In this document: positions 1 through 11,955 of the stretch, in pieces
Numbering within the stretch: the stretch's first letter is position 1
Layout: the number at the start of each line of letters is the position of its first letter
Assembly (NCBI GenBank): GCA_028534125.1
Contig: CM052816.1
Location: 46,068,001-46,132,000 of the forward strand
DNA from: Lama glama
Taxonomy: Eukaryota
Length of the DNA: 64,000 nucleotides
Direction of reading: 5' to 3'
Made by a program: the position numbers and the translations under genes
The notes under the pieces: generated by a model
Seen by the model: the letters and a program-made list of their open reading frames with translations, nothing else
Told to the model about the DNA's origin: nothing
The model's database searches: none

Positions 1-1285
1 GCATCTAAAACAATGAAGCTAGAACACTCCCTTACACCATACACAAAAATCAACTCAAAATGGATCAAAGACTTAAACATAAGACAAGATACAATAAACC
101 TCCTAGAGGAAAATATAGGCAAAACATTATCTGACATACATCTTAAAAACTTTGTCCTAGAAGAAATAAAAGCAAGAATAAACAAATGGGACCTAATGAA
201 ACTTACAAGCTTCTGCACAGCAAAGGAAACCATAAGTAAAACAAAAAGACAACCTATGGAATGGGAAAAAATGTTTGCAAATGAAACGACAAAGGCTTGA
301 TCTCCAGAATATATATGCAGCTCACATGACTCAGTAAGAAAAAAATAACCAACCCAATCCAAAAATGGGCAGAAAACCTAAATAAGCAATTCTCCAAGGA
401 AGACATACAAATGATCAATAGGCACATGAAAAAGTGCTCAATATCACTAATTATCAGAGAAATGCAAATCAAAACTACAATGAGGTATCACCTCACACCA
501 GTCAGAATGGCCATCATTCAAAAATCCACAAATGACAAATGCTGGAGAGGCTGTGGAGAAAGGGGAACCCTCCTACAGTTCTGGTGGGAATGCACTTTGG
601 TGCAGCCACTGGAAAACAGTATGAAGATTCCTCAAAAGACTAGGAATAGACTTACCATATGACCCAGGAATCCCACTCCTGGGCATATATCCAGAAGGAA
701 CCCTACTTCAGGATGACATCTTCACTCCAATGTTCATAGCAGCATTATTTACAATAGCCAAGACATGGAAACAGCCTAAATGTCCATCAACAGATGACTG
801 GATAAAGAAGAGGTGGTATATTTATACAATAGAATACTACTCAGCCATAAAAACTGACAACATAACGCCATTAGCAGCAACATGGATACTCTTGGAGAAT
901 GTCATTCTAAGTAGAGTAAGCCAGAAAGAGAAAGAAAAATACCATATGAGATCGCTAATATGTGGAATCTAAAAAAACAAAAAAGCAAACAAAGCATAAA
1001 TACAAAACAGAAATAGACTCACAGACATAGAATACAAACCTGTGGTTGTCAAGGGGATGTGGGGTGGGAAGAGATAGACTGGGATTTCAAAATTATAGAA
1101 TAGATAAACAAGATTATACTGTATAGCACAGGGAAATATATACAAGATCTTATGGTAGCTCACAGAGAAAAAAATGTGACAATGAATATATATATATATT
1201 CATATATAACTGAAAAATTGTGCTCTACACTGTAATTTGACACATTGGGAAATGATTATAAATCAATAAAAATATTTAAAAAAAG
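1..1285 (+). mobile_element. Young LINE-1 3' end: ORF2 C-terminus (frameshifted), 3'UTR and A-rich tail; continues off the left edge
   Basis: ORFs 13-300, 411-662 and 730-972 translate to L1 ORF2 motifs ([72 protein letters not shown]). ORF2 ends ICGI* at 972. AATAAA and an A-rich tail lie at ~1265-1284. Confidence 0.97.
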
Positions 1286-1700
1286 ATGGCGAAGTTAAGA
1301 CATTTCCAGGTGAACAAAAACTTAGAAAATTTGTTGTTAGCACCCTCACCTTAGAAGAAACACTAAAATAAAATTTTCAGGCTGACAAGTAACACAAGAC
1401 AGTAATTTAAACCCACATGAAGAAACAAGAATCAGTTAATGTAATTATGTAGGCAATTATAAAAGATAGTATAATTGCTTATTTCTTCCTTTTCTTCTCT
1501 TAATTGATTTAAATATCAATTGTATAAAATTATACATATATATAAAGATATCTGTTGCTTTATATATATATTAGACATAGAAATATATTTAACAGTAACA
1601 GCCAAAATGAAGTGAATGGAAAAAATCTATACTGGAAAATGACACTTCATGGTAACTTGAATCCACAGCAACAAATGAAGAGAAACAGAAATGGATAATT
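1286..1700 (+). mobile_element. Old L1 (L1M-type) fragment: ORF1 end and inter-ORF region
   Basis: aagacatttccaggtgaacaaaaacttagaaaatttgttgttagc...ttcaggctga resembles the L1 ORF1 C-terminal coding region (KTF.D.QKLREF). Confidence 0.7.
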
Positions 1701-1704
1701 TATG

Positions 1705-2600
1705 TATGATCATTTCTTCTCAGCTTGAAGAACTTTCTTTAGTATTATCCTTTAGTATATCTCATAGTGTGATTTGCTGACAATATATTTTCTCAGTCTT
1801 TGTTTCAAAATGTCTATGTTTAGTATTTTTTTGAGTGAGATTTTTGCTAGGTATAGAATATTTTGATTACTATTTCCTTTTCTTTCATCAATTCAGATAT
1901 GACATTTCATTAACTTGAAAGTTGCATTGTTTCTGGTGAGATTTCAGTCATCTTTTTGTTGTTCTATGTGTGGAGTGTCTTTGTTCTCAGTCTATTTTTA
2001 AGAAATTTTTTCCTTTAAATTTGGTCTTCAGTGATTTGAGTATAATGAAATACAGTTTTATTTGTGCTTATCTTACCTGAGTTTAGTGGGTATTTTAAAT
2101 AACTAGGTTGTTCAGTCTTTAAGATTATTCTCTTTTTTTGGTGGGGGGAACTCTGGTTACACAAATGTTATATTGTTCTACATGTTCTTTATAAGCTGTT
2201 CTTAGATTCTTTTTTTTAAGCTTTTTTCTCCATGTGCTTCAGTTTGGGTAATTTCTATTGACCTATTTTCAAGTTCACTGACCTTTCTTCTAGTATACTT
2301 AATTTGAAATTAAGCACTGTATCCAATACTTTCTTAATTTCAGATCTTTAAAAAATAATTTCCATTCTAGAATGTCACTTTGATCTTTATAGAGATTCCA
2401 TTTCTCTATTGAGAAGTGGATTTTTTTTCCTATTTTGCCCATCTTTTTTTGTAACTTCTTTAACATATTTATAATTTTAAAGTCTATAATCTTCTAACTC
2501 CAATATCTGATTTGTTTGTGAATTTGCTTCTATATGTTTATTTTTCTTTTTATATACTTTCATTTTTGACAATATGTAGAATTGTGTGTTTAGATGAACC
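1705..2600 (-). mobile_element. Old L1 (L1M/ME-type) ORF1 region, antisense
   Basis: T-rich strand with typical antisense ORF1 text (cagcttgaagaactttctttagtatt; gatttttgctaggtatagaatatt; tttgggtaatttctattgacctattttcaagttcactga). Confidence 0.75.
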
Positions 2601-2824
2601 AAGGAATTTGAAGTAAAAATGATTTTACTGAGAGAGGGCACATCTCTTTGTCAGGTCACTAGGGTGTGGAGTTCATTGTTTTGCTCCAAATAGGAATTCA
2701 GATGGAGTGTGTCTGGATTGCAGCGGGAGTTTTCATTTACCTCTGGTTTCAGATGTCCTCAGAGTGCAGTCTGTCGTGAGTGATTGCAGGAAATCCGAGT
2801 CTGAAGCACTGCAGTCTACAAAGA

Positions 2825-2842
2825 CCCCCCCCCCCCCCCCCC
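2825..2842. repeat. Poly-C run (C18)
   Basis: Directly visible homopolymer. Confidence 0.95.
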
Positions 2843-2912
2843 GCCACCCCGACCTCCAGCCCAGCCCATAGCGCTCTGCGCCACCACGCCTGCAGCAGAG
2901 CTCTCCTGGGGA

Positions 2913-2926
2913 GCGCCGCCTGGCGG
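2913..2926 (-). promoter_or_regulatory. Candidate CTCF core motif within a CpG-rich patch
   Basis: The minus strand reads CCGCCAGGCGGCGC, one mismatch from the CC(A/G)(C/G)(C/T)AG(A/G)(G/T)GGC(A/G)(C/G) core. The surrounding ~140 bp retains about a dozen CpGs. Confidence 0.55.
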
Positions 2927-3469
2927 GGGTACCGCTCTGAGGCTGCGAAGCCTGCGGATCCCAGTCCATCTTGACGCCTCGTGCACTGTAAAGCTCTGCT
3001 GTGTGTCTTGTTGCCCTACCAGAGTTCTAGCTATGGCTGGCTTCTTCTCACCCATTTATTCCCAGACATGGTTAATGCTCACAGATAGAGAGGTGGCACT
3101 GGTATTTGCTCAGAAAAGGCCCCTTTACTCTCTGAAAGGGAAACTGGTTATTTTAGACTAACTTTTCTACAACACTCCTCAAAGTCTTAAATACACATAC
3201 ATATTTTATATATGTGGGGGGGGGTATTTTTAAAAATTTGTCTTATTTGCTATCATGGTAATTATGATCACTTTTACTTCCTAAATGGGTGTGGAACACA
3301 CCAGTACCTTAGTAATATTCATTTAATATTTTTAAAAGTAATTGATATACTGTTGTTATTTTTATTTGTTACTAAAAGAGTGTGTTTTACAAGTTATGGT
3401 AGCTTCCACAATAGTTGATAGAGGGTCTTTGCCATAACAAGATATGGTTTGTGGAGTTCTTACCATAAG

Positions 3470-3668
3470 GCTGGTAATGTTCTAAGTGCTTTATGAATAT
3501 TAACTAATTTAGTCTCCCCAGAAATTCTATGAGTTAGGTACTATTAATAACCCTATTATATATATGGGAAAACTGAGCCATGTAGAGTTTAGGTGCACCT
3601 TGTAAATACTGGAGTCAGAATTCATATGTAAGCAGTCTTTCTCAGAGCCCAAGCTCTTAATCATACTC
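3470..3668 (-). mobile_element. MIR SINE
   Basis: gttctaagtgctttatgaatattaactaatttagtctc...gggaaaactgagcc...agagcccaagctcttaatca matches the antisense MIR core and head. Confidence 0.85.
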
Positions 3669-3789
3669 TAAAAATATTTGTTTTATATAGTCTTCTAATT
3701 ATTCTATAACATATGTCAGTCTCTTTTCATATACTCTTTAGTCTGATACAAATAACTTTCATTCTTTGTTTATAGAACAAACAGCTACT

Positions 3790-4065
3790 TTTCCTTTAGA
3801 ATTCAGCTTAGCTACCACTTCCTTTAGAAACTTTCACTGCTCAGTTAGAATTAATTACTCCCTTATCTGTTCTGTCTTTGAACACCATACGTACACCTAC
3901 CCTAGCATTTAACCTATTGTATACAAAGCATTTATATAATGTGTGTCTCATCCATTAGTCCGTAAGATCCTTGAGAGCAGGAACTGGGGCTTATCCATAT
4001 CTTTCTATTCACGTCTAATGATGCTTGACATACAGTAGTCACTGAATATACATTTACCAAATTGA
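3790..4065 (+). mobile_element. L2 LINE 3' end
   Basis: gtaagatccttgagagcaggaact...cttgacatacagtagtcactgaatatacattt resembles the L2 3' terminus. Confidence 0.75.
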
Positions 4066-5148
4066 TTTCAATCTCTATCCATTCCTAAAATTGATTCTCA
4101 GTAGGAATTTTAAAGCTTAGAAGTCTCTGTAGTGTATTGAACTTGTCTTTCTCCAAAAGTTAAAACTTAATAGGTCTCAAAATATATGTTGCCATACATT
4201 TTGGAAGATCACCTTGGCTAAAGTTAAAATAGCAACAAATGTGTTTATTTAAAACTATAAAATTGTTCACTTCAATTTTATCTGTTTTAAAAAAATCAAG
4301 TTTCCTATTTCAAGTTAAACTACTATTCACTCATAACTAATAATACCTTTATGTGCCTGACACTTCAGGTGGAATGATTAAATTATGCACCGTAGCAAGA
4401 TCTCACAAAGCAATGACAGATACTACAAACCTACTGTTCCTGGATACTTTAAAAAAATTTAAGATGTTGATTTCAATTCATTATTTCTCTTGTAATATGA
4501 TATTCTTCTTTTGATTCCTATATGCATGTACATTTTCATCTTCTTAACTTTGCTTTGCTTTCCATTGCATTTATACCACAGGACATTGGGCTGTTCAGCT
4601 TTATTGGACAGTTGCTTTAAACATGAAAGTAGAAGTATATAACATTTCTCCTCATCAAATGAAAGTGGCTTTGAAAGGACATTTTCTTTAAAAAAAAAAT
4701 CAACAGTGGGCTGCATACAGAGAGATTGAGGCAGAGCACAAAGTCTTTAAAGCCACTTTTTTTCATTCTTTACATATAGAATATTATTTGCTGCATTGAT
4801 GGGTTAAATATGTTTGCTCCACTGATTTTTAGAGCTGAAGTCCTCTAATAGAAATTTGGGGTGAGCTTCCCCCAATACCTTCTCATTTAGCTGTTGCAGA
4901 ATTGTTTATGCTCACATCCTTCTTGGATTTTTTTTTTAATGCCCTTCTATGGAAGATACATTACACCCAACTGTAAGAACTGCTAAGAGTGCTGGTCCTT
5001 AGAAGGAAGAAACAGGAGGGCTATTTTTGACCCCTTCAAGCCTTTAGTTTGTAAGGCAGTGAATGACTCCCATGCCATTCTTTGACATTACTTTCTAATC
5101 TCTATTTCTTTCTAATCTAGAGTCTTCGTGTTTGTTTTTTTTTTTTAG

Positions 5149-5182
5149 ATGTCTGACAAGGAAGAACGTAGCCAAAAAGCAC
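5149..5182 (+). other. Candidate 34-nt spliceosomal exon of an unidentified transcript
   Basis: Branch-like tctaat at 5111-5116, a long T tract ending in tag, a purine-rich body ATGTCTGACAAGGAAGAACGTAGCCAAAAAGCAC, and the strong donor gtgagt at 5183. Two frames are open (MSDKEERSQKA or CLTRKNVAKKH). Confidence 0.55.
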
Positions 5183-5929
5183 GTGAGTACTATCTTCCTA
5201 AAACTGCTAGATGTGCTTTTTGATAAGACAAAAAAGAGATGTGGAACAATGATCTGACAGGTATTTCCTTGAATGAAGGTGTCCAGGATGGGAGGGAATA
5301 TTTTTCAAGCGTCTTGAGCAATACTGTCACTCTTGTTCACAGAGAGATTGTGGTGTTTTATGCTGAGACGATTTATTTCATTTCCTAAAAGGAATTGTTG
5401 CCTCAAAGAGACTGTCTTGTGACTTGTATGTTAATGTAACAGGAGAGGATTTGGCTGATGATGCATTTCCTGTGCTAGCCAGTGTCTTCTCTTCAGGAGC
5501 AGCAGGAACACCTGTTGTTCTTACGGTTTGCCTTCAAGTATGAATCTGATTATCATCCCCCCTCCCAAATCATGTCTAAAATCAGTGTATCATAACTGAT
5601 TCTTCTGTTACCTTGAGCCTTTGCAGATAGATTATGGGACAGAGTAATTTTGTTTTCTCTTTTAACACTGGTGATCACTACCTATACTCCATGGTAGGTT
5701 TTAGTTTTCACTGAGCACATAATAATAAAAAAAAAGACAGAGAAGGCAGAATCCAATTTCTCCTCATCCCCAACTAAAACATCTTTATATGTACCTGAAA
5801 ATTATATTTAAAGGAGAGTAAAATTGTATGGATATATATAGAGTGTATTTATATGTACATACCCCTATGTTAATACGTTCATACATTTATTTATTCATTT
5901 AATAAAGATCACTACTTATTATTATTTAG

Positions 5930-6140
5930 TGATTAAATTTGAGCTTAAATATTATCTTATAAGCAATGTGAACATGAGCAGTTCAGTTAACCTGTATAAG
6001 ACTTAATTTTTCATATGAAAAATGGAGTTACTGATACTTGTCTGATGTGGCTGCAATAAGGAACCACTGATATAGTATATAAAATATTCAGCATAATTTG
6101 TGGCATAATATAGGAGTCCCCAGGGTGGTTGTTATTATTA
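5930..6140 (+). mobile_element. MIR SINE (degraded)
   Basis: atgtgaacatgagcagttcagttaacctgtataagacttaatttttcatatgaaaaatggag resembles the MIR core; ends gttattatta. Confidence 0.7.
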
Positions 6141-8326
6141 TATTTGTCCTGCTACTCCTATTACTTCCTACTCACTAAATTATGGTATATATGGATAAAG
6201 AATAAAAAAAAAAACCCAAAAAACACTTTTCTCAAAAGCCTCAAAGTCTACTGAGGAAAGCTTAAAAAAGCACCAAAACTCAAAATATAGTATGATAAGT
6301 CCTATTAAAAATATTAAACAAATTCACCTTCAAGTAAATTGGAGCAAAGCAAGAACCTCACGGGCAATGATTGATAATAGAATTGTCAGTATCTTTACCA
6401 ACTTAATTGAAACTGGTTACTAGTCAGCGGATTTTGTCCTTGCTATTAATTATTTTTAATTTGTTGATTTTTATCTAATTTACTTGGTTTCATTTCTATT
6501 TGGAGTATGTATATTTTTGTAAAGCCTAAGCATAGGAAGTTGTTCTGCCTTTGGATTTGAGTATTAAAAATGAGAGGATACCACTGACCTCAGAAATGTT
6601 GTCTTGTCCTGCAATTACAAGAAAGGCTTGTGCCAATGAAGAATCTCTTACTATAAGTAGCATGTGTTGGGACACAGGCATTGGTGTGGACTTTTTATAA
6701 AGTGAATGTTTATCAGCCTTCTCAAAATGAATTTCAGACATTTAGAAATCATCAGTATTTTCCTACCATTCCTATCTTATTGAGGTAATTTTCTCAACTT
6801 CAACTTCTTAAACGTATAATAGTTTAAGATTAAAGAAGATGCTCTAAGACACAGTGGAAAATCTGTAATACCTAAACTTCTGAGGTATAGGAGTAAATGT
6901 GATCTGGACCCACAATAAAATTTAGTAACCATAAGGGTTATTGGCATCTAGATCAGCAGCTGGAGTTAGAAAAAGGAGAAAGCATACATATTTACTTTCT
7001 TCATTACTCTGGTGAGTCTGACAAAGCTTGAAATGTGTATGTTTCTCAGCATGTCACTGATTCATACTTTTTGAGAGGAAATTATAAGTTAGAATAGTAT
7101 GAAACTTTAGCTGATACAGAGAAAACGGGAATTTGATATTATTCTTTTTCATCATTAAAATGTAAGTGAGAGTAACTGGGCATAGATAGAAATGAAGTCC
7201 TTAGAGCTGGACGTAAATAACGATGAGTCAAAGAAAAGCACAAAAAATACAAGCATGGATAAGAATAGGAATACTTAGGAATCAAAAATTGAGAAGAGAT
7301 AGAAGAAAGCAAACTTGAATATATGAAATAGAGAAAAACTGATATCAGTGTAATCTTTTTAAAGAAACAAAACAAAGACTTAGCTGAAATAGTCTTATTA
7401 TAAGTCACTTTCTTGTTTTTCTCTCTTTGTTTCTAGATAGAAAAAAGAAAAAAACAACACTGTGTTGCTTCTTACTTGCTTGCTATTTTTTGTAGCTAGG
7501 GAAACTAGGGGAGAAAAAGATAAAAATCACCCAAGGTGAGGCATCGCGAGGGGCTGAGCCAGGACTTTGACCCAAATGTACCTGATTCTGTCACACCACC
7601 TGTCCTCTGAGTTTTAATTGTGTCTTTTTACAAAATTTGGGGAAATGTAGAAATTAAATGTACAGATTTAAAATATTTTCTATGTCAAGTCTTTATACTA
7701 TAACCTCCTCTGTAATCTGTCTTGCACTAAATATTCGTCTCACTTTGCTGGTTTCCTCTGATGCCGGAGTTCACTTAAGGTTCAATTTTAGGACGTTGGA
7801 TTTTTAATAAGATTCCTTTAAATGGTTTCCATATTTAGCCAATTTTGCAGTTCTCAACAGTACATGGGGGAGCAAACAGTGAGCTTTAAAAAAATTTGCT
7901 TCTTTACTGGATGAAACTGAAATTTGGGCTCTTTGATTTCAAAGATTTGGAAGCAGTGTGGGCAATCTAAATTTATCAATAGCCTAACGTAACACTGTTC
8001 ATAAAGGACTTCTTTATCTTCCTTATGATAGTAATGTCCTTAAGTTTCCATGAGTGGTCCTTTCCCTCTAAGTGTTTTCAGCTTGACAGATAGCTCTTTG
8101 CTGAAGTACATTAATTCTGATCCTGTGCTGCTACTACATATTAATTTATATGTCTAATATGAAAGAATTCATTTCTGACTCTGTTTTAAAAAGGCAAACA
8201 AATTTGGGTATAGTTTTCAAAACTGTGTAAAGCTTGGCAATTTTTATAGTACATGTGTAATGCCACCCCTCATTTTCCTTTAATGAATACTTCAGCACAA
8301 TTAAGTATTAATTTTTCTTTAGATAG

Positions 8327-8389
8327 TTACTGAATTCTGCAAGGGAGTCAAAACGGAGCTCTGAAGCTCCTGATGGTGTGGAGAGGAAG
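8327..8389 (+). other. Candidate 63-nt exon (phase 0/0), LLNSARESKRSSEAPDGVERK; alternative acceptor 4 nt upstream (8323)
   Basis: Pyrimidine tract tttttctttagatag, an open 21-codon frame richer in GC than its flanks, and donor AAG|gtgggc at 8390. Confidence 0.4.
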
Positions 8390-9639
8390 GTGGGCAGGAT
8401 GTGGAAGGATGGCAGGAAACATTTTATGATTTATGCAATTTTTATGGAAAATGTTCTCTTTACTTACTGCATAGTGTTACTATTATTATCACTTGGTAGG
8501 CCTGAGGCATGGGCCACACACATCATCTGGCTAAAAATAATTCTGCAGCCTGTCTGGGTGTCATTATGCTGTTTGTTTCATAACAACTGCCTATGAATCT
8601 TTATTAAAATTCAAGTGGGCTGTGACTTTGAGCCAACAGTGGGGCCCATATACATGAAAAAAGCACAGTCTGTCCTTGGGAAGGCTCTGGCAGGATCAGA
8701 GTAGGGTGTGTCCAAAACAGGCAGAGAATCTCAGACCCAGAGACTCTGGAAGAGACAGGAGGAGACGATTAAAATGTACTTCTCCCAAACAAGATACGTA
8801 GAATTCAGCTGTCACACAGAATAAGGGATAGACCTGCTGCGCAAACAACCTAGTGAAGAGCAAGTTGCCGCCCTTGCTGATCAACCTAGGGAGGAGAACG
8901 TCAGGATGTCAGGGGCTGTTCTTAAGATTTCTAAAAGCACAAAGGCAGCAGTACAGGATTTTTTGTAGATATATTATGAAATCATAAGGTTTCGATGGTG
9001 GTTTAATAATCTTTGTAATTCCATCTATTCTTTCATATACTGAGATACAACCTGGGTTTATGAAATAAAATCTCCATAAAAAATTCAGGGAATATCAAGT
9101 GTGAAGTTCACAAATTTAATCACAAATTTAATACTTATTATTTTGACAAGTATTTTTTTTCTGGATTAAAATACTCTTTAGAAAATTACTGTGAAAGCAT
9201 GAATATGGAACTGGTTGTTAGAAAAAAATACAGTTGTAGAATTAAGATTAAATAAAGGTTAAAAAGATATATTTGGCATTTAATGACTATACACTCCACC
9301 AATTACAATATATTAATTTTAATAAAATGTGGGAGAATGTAGATAACCAAATGAAAAAAAAATGTTTCTCATGATCATATTGGAGTGATAGCATTAGTAG
9401 TATTCCACTGGCACTTTGGGGCTTGTATGGATAGATAAAGCATACTTTGCATGAGAAAGCAAATGTAATGGTAATTTAGAGGAAGTTAAATTAAATCCTC
9501 ATTGTTCTGTTTTTGAATTGAAAATATCAATGTGAATTTATGGAAGTATTCTATTTTAAAATAAGATATAATTTAATCCATTTATATATTATATCTCTTG
9601 CTACTACTGAAAAGGTCTAAGAATAATAACACATTCAGT

Positions 9640-10190
9640 AGCATCTCTCATACCAGATTGTGATCTGGTAATATGATTTTCTACTAAGAGAAATCAAGAT
9701 GTCTTGAAAAAAAAGATGATTCCATGTCTCTAGTAGGAATTGTGCCAGATGAGTTTGGATCATCTTTCATACTAGAAAGACTGAAAACTATCAAAAACTA
9801 CTAGTCATACCAAAGAAACACAGGAGCTACATGAAGAGGCTTCTACTGACCAAAGATAAGACAACTTAACTCTGTAAGAATGTTGATTACAATAGATTGA
9901 AATACATATATTTGAATACATGAACTCAATAATAATATTTTAAACTAATAATTAGTTACTTCAGAAGATGATAAGAAACCATTATCTTGAAAACAGGTAA
10001 AAAAGAAAAAGAATCAAACATGTATCCTTCCAAATAGTAGATAAGGAGAAGTATTTCTTTATGTGTTCCAATTAATTAATCCAAAAAATGATTAACATAC
10101 CACCATTTTGCAAGTCTCTGTGAATTCTTATACCTATGTATTGAGGATCAATAGATGCTAACATCATAGAAAGGGAGACAGATTAGATTT
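9640..10190 (+). mobile_element. Old L1 3'UTR fragment (L1MC/MD/ME-like)
   Basis: gatgattccatgtctctagtaggaattgtgccagatgag...aaactatcaaaaactactag...acaggagctacatgaagaggcttctactgaccaaagat is characteristic of old L1M 3' ends. Confidence 0.7.
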
Positions 10191-11955
10191 TCTGAACACA
10201 TTGGCTGCTCTCTCATTCTTAGTAACCATTAGAACATTTCCTGTTAAGTACTGTCAGATAAAAACTCCTCCAAAAATGGACTTCATAATGTCCAGACACT
10301 GTTACTCAATACAAACAGTTCCCTAGAAACATAACTTTAGTAATCATAACTTATATAGTTATGCTTCATCTCTGTAGATAGACATAAAAAGTATTTTCAT
10401 TCTGTAGGTTGAGGCAGAGTCATAGTAATTAAGCTTAATGATCACATAGTATGTTTCTAAAGATACAAAAGTAGAAAGAGTACAAAAGGCAAAGATGTTT
10501 GGAAATTAAAACTGAGGATAACTTATAAAATAAAACAAGTCACAAGTAGATAATTGAGCCAACTGCCTTCTCCCCCTCAAAATATTCTTCTGTACAGTAA
10601 GCCTTGGGAAATAAAGATTGTTGAGGACTTTGAGGAGTAATGCTGAATACTAACTACAAGGTGTCCAAGACCTTGACAGCTTTCTCTGCTAGACACTGAT
10701 TTAAAAGGGGGCACAGCCACCTCCAGTAGATGTTCCTTTTCAAAAAGTCACTATCTGTGCTTCAGAGGGCAATAGACATTCTATTCACAGAGAAAGCTCT
10801 GATTCTGAGGTGGCCATACTTTTGGCCTAGAGAAGTAGAGGAATGGAAAGAGGGCTCTAAAAACATATTTTCAGATTTTAATTATTTTTTACCTTTTGAA
10901 TTTTTTCCTTACTTCTGAAGCTTTGTTAGAATGGTCATCAATTCAGTGAATGTCTCCTTATAATGGATGAATTTATTCATCTGTCACTTAGCACATAGCC
11001 ACAACTCTCCCGTGATTACCCATGTTTCAGGCTCTGGTTCTTTGTTTACTCTCAGTGATTTATAATCTTGCTACTTTTTGGCTTTTTTTTAATTCTAATT
11101 TTTATTACTCTTAACAGAGCATTCATTTTGAAAAATTCAATTTTGTGTCTTTTCTCTTCAGAAATATAGAATAATTCCACCTCTAACTACAGACTGTTCT
11201 CTGAAGCCAGATGTGTAGGATGTGCTTCAAAATAATTTGGGCTTAGGGAGAAATGAATGGATATCAATATACTCTGTTTATGAAGAACTGAGTTTACCTC
11301 AGTGTTTATGATGGATATCAAAACAGTCTCAGGGACCCAAACTTACACTTGACAGAGACTGTGAGTATTCTGTAGTATTAGGCATCTAATACTGGCCCAT
11401 CCCATTATGAAGATTTGCAGAGACTGATAGTGCATCTTTTTGTAGTGAAGACAAACTCACCTCAGTGAAAGTACACATTTCTAAAAAGTGGTAAAAACAG
11501 AAGGTGGCACATAGTAGAGCATGAGGGACTAGGGAAACAGTTACTGTTATAGGGAGAACACGGGGCAAACTGGAAACCTAAGGGGGGAGATGTGGACAAG
11601 TGGTTTTAAGAGAAGTAAAAGAAATAAGAGTCTCCACATTTCATCTTTAAAACTCAAGTTTGTTATTAGGGGCCACGTGTGATAATGAGACCACTGGTTG
11701 CTCCTTTTACAAACTCAAGTGTAAGTTTTGGTCCCTGAGATTGTTTTGATATCTGTCATAAACACTGAGTTAAACTCAGTTCTTCATATTATTTTCTCTT
11801 AAATAAAAATCACCAGTTGTGTCTAATATCTTTTCTTGTTGTCATTTTTGAGTTTGCATTTTTTTCCGGACAGGGGACAACAAATTTCCTTTTACTTAAT
11901 GGTCTAAAAAACAATTTATATATAAAATAAAATAGTAGTGACTGAAATGTTCTTT

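Noticed and set aside
13..972. ORFs that look like a protein-coding gene
   Set aside because: Frameshifted L1 ORF2 fragments, not a host CDS.
2733..3055. Overlapping Pro/Gly-rich ORFs
   Set aside because: Produced by the C18 run and local GC richness; no homology recognised.
4369..4462. Possible exon after acttcag and short ORF MHRSKISQSNDRYYKPTVPGYFKKI
   Set aside because: Weak pyrimidine tract, no convincing donor and no recognisable peptide.
9109..9132. Short tandem duplications (cacaaatttaat x2; also ~27780-27808 and ~55719-55739)
   Set aside because: Two-copy slippage duplications; not CRISPR-like or satellite arrays.
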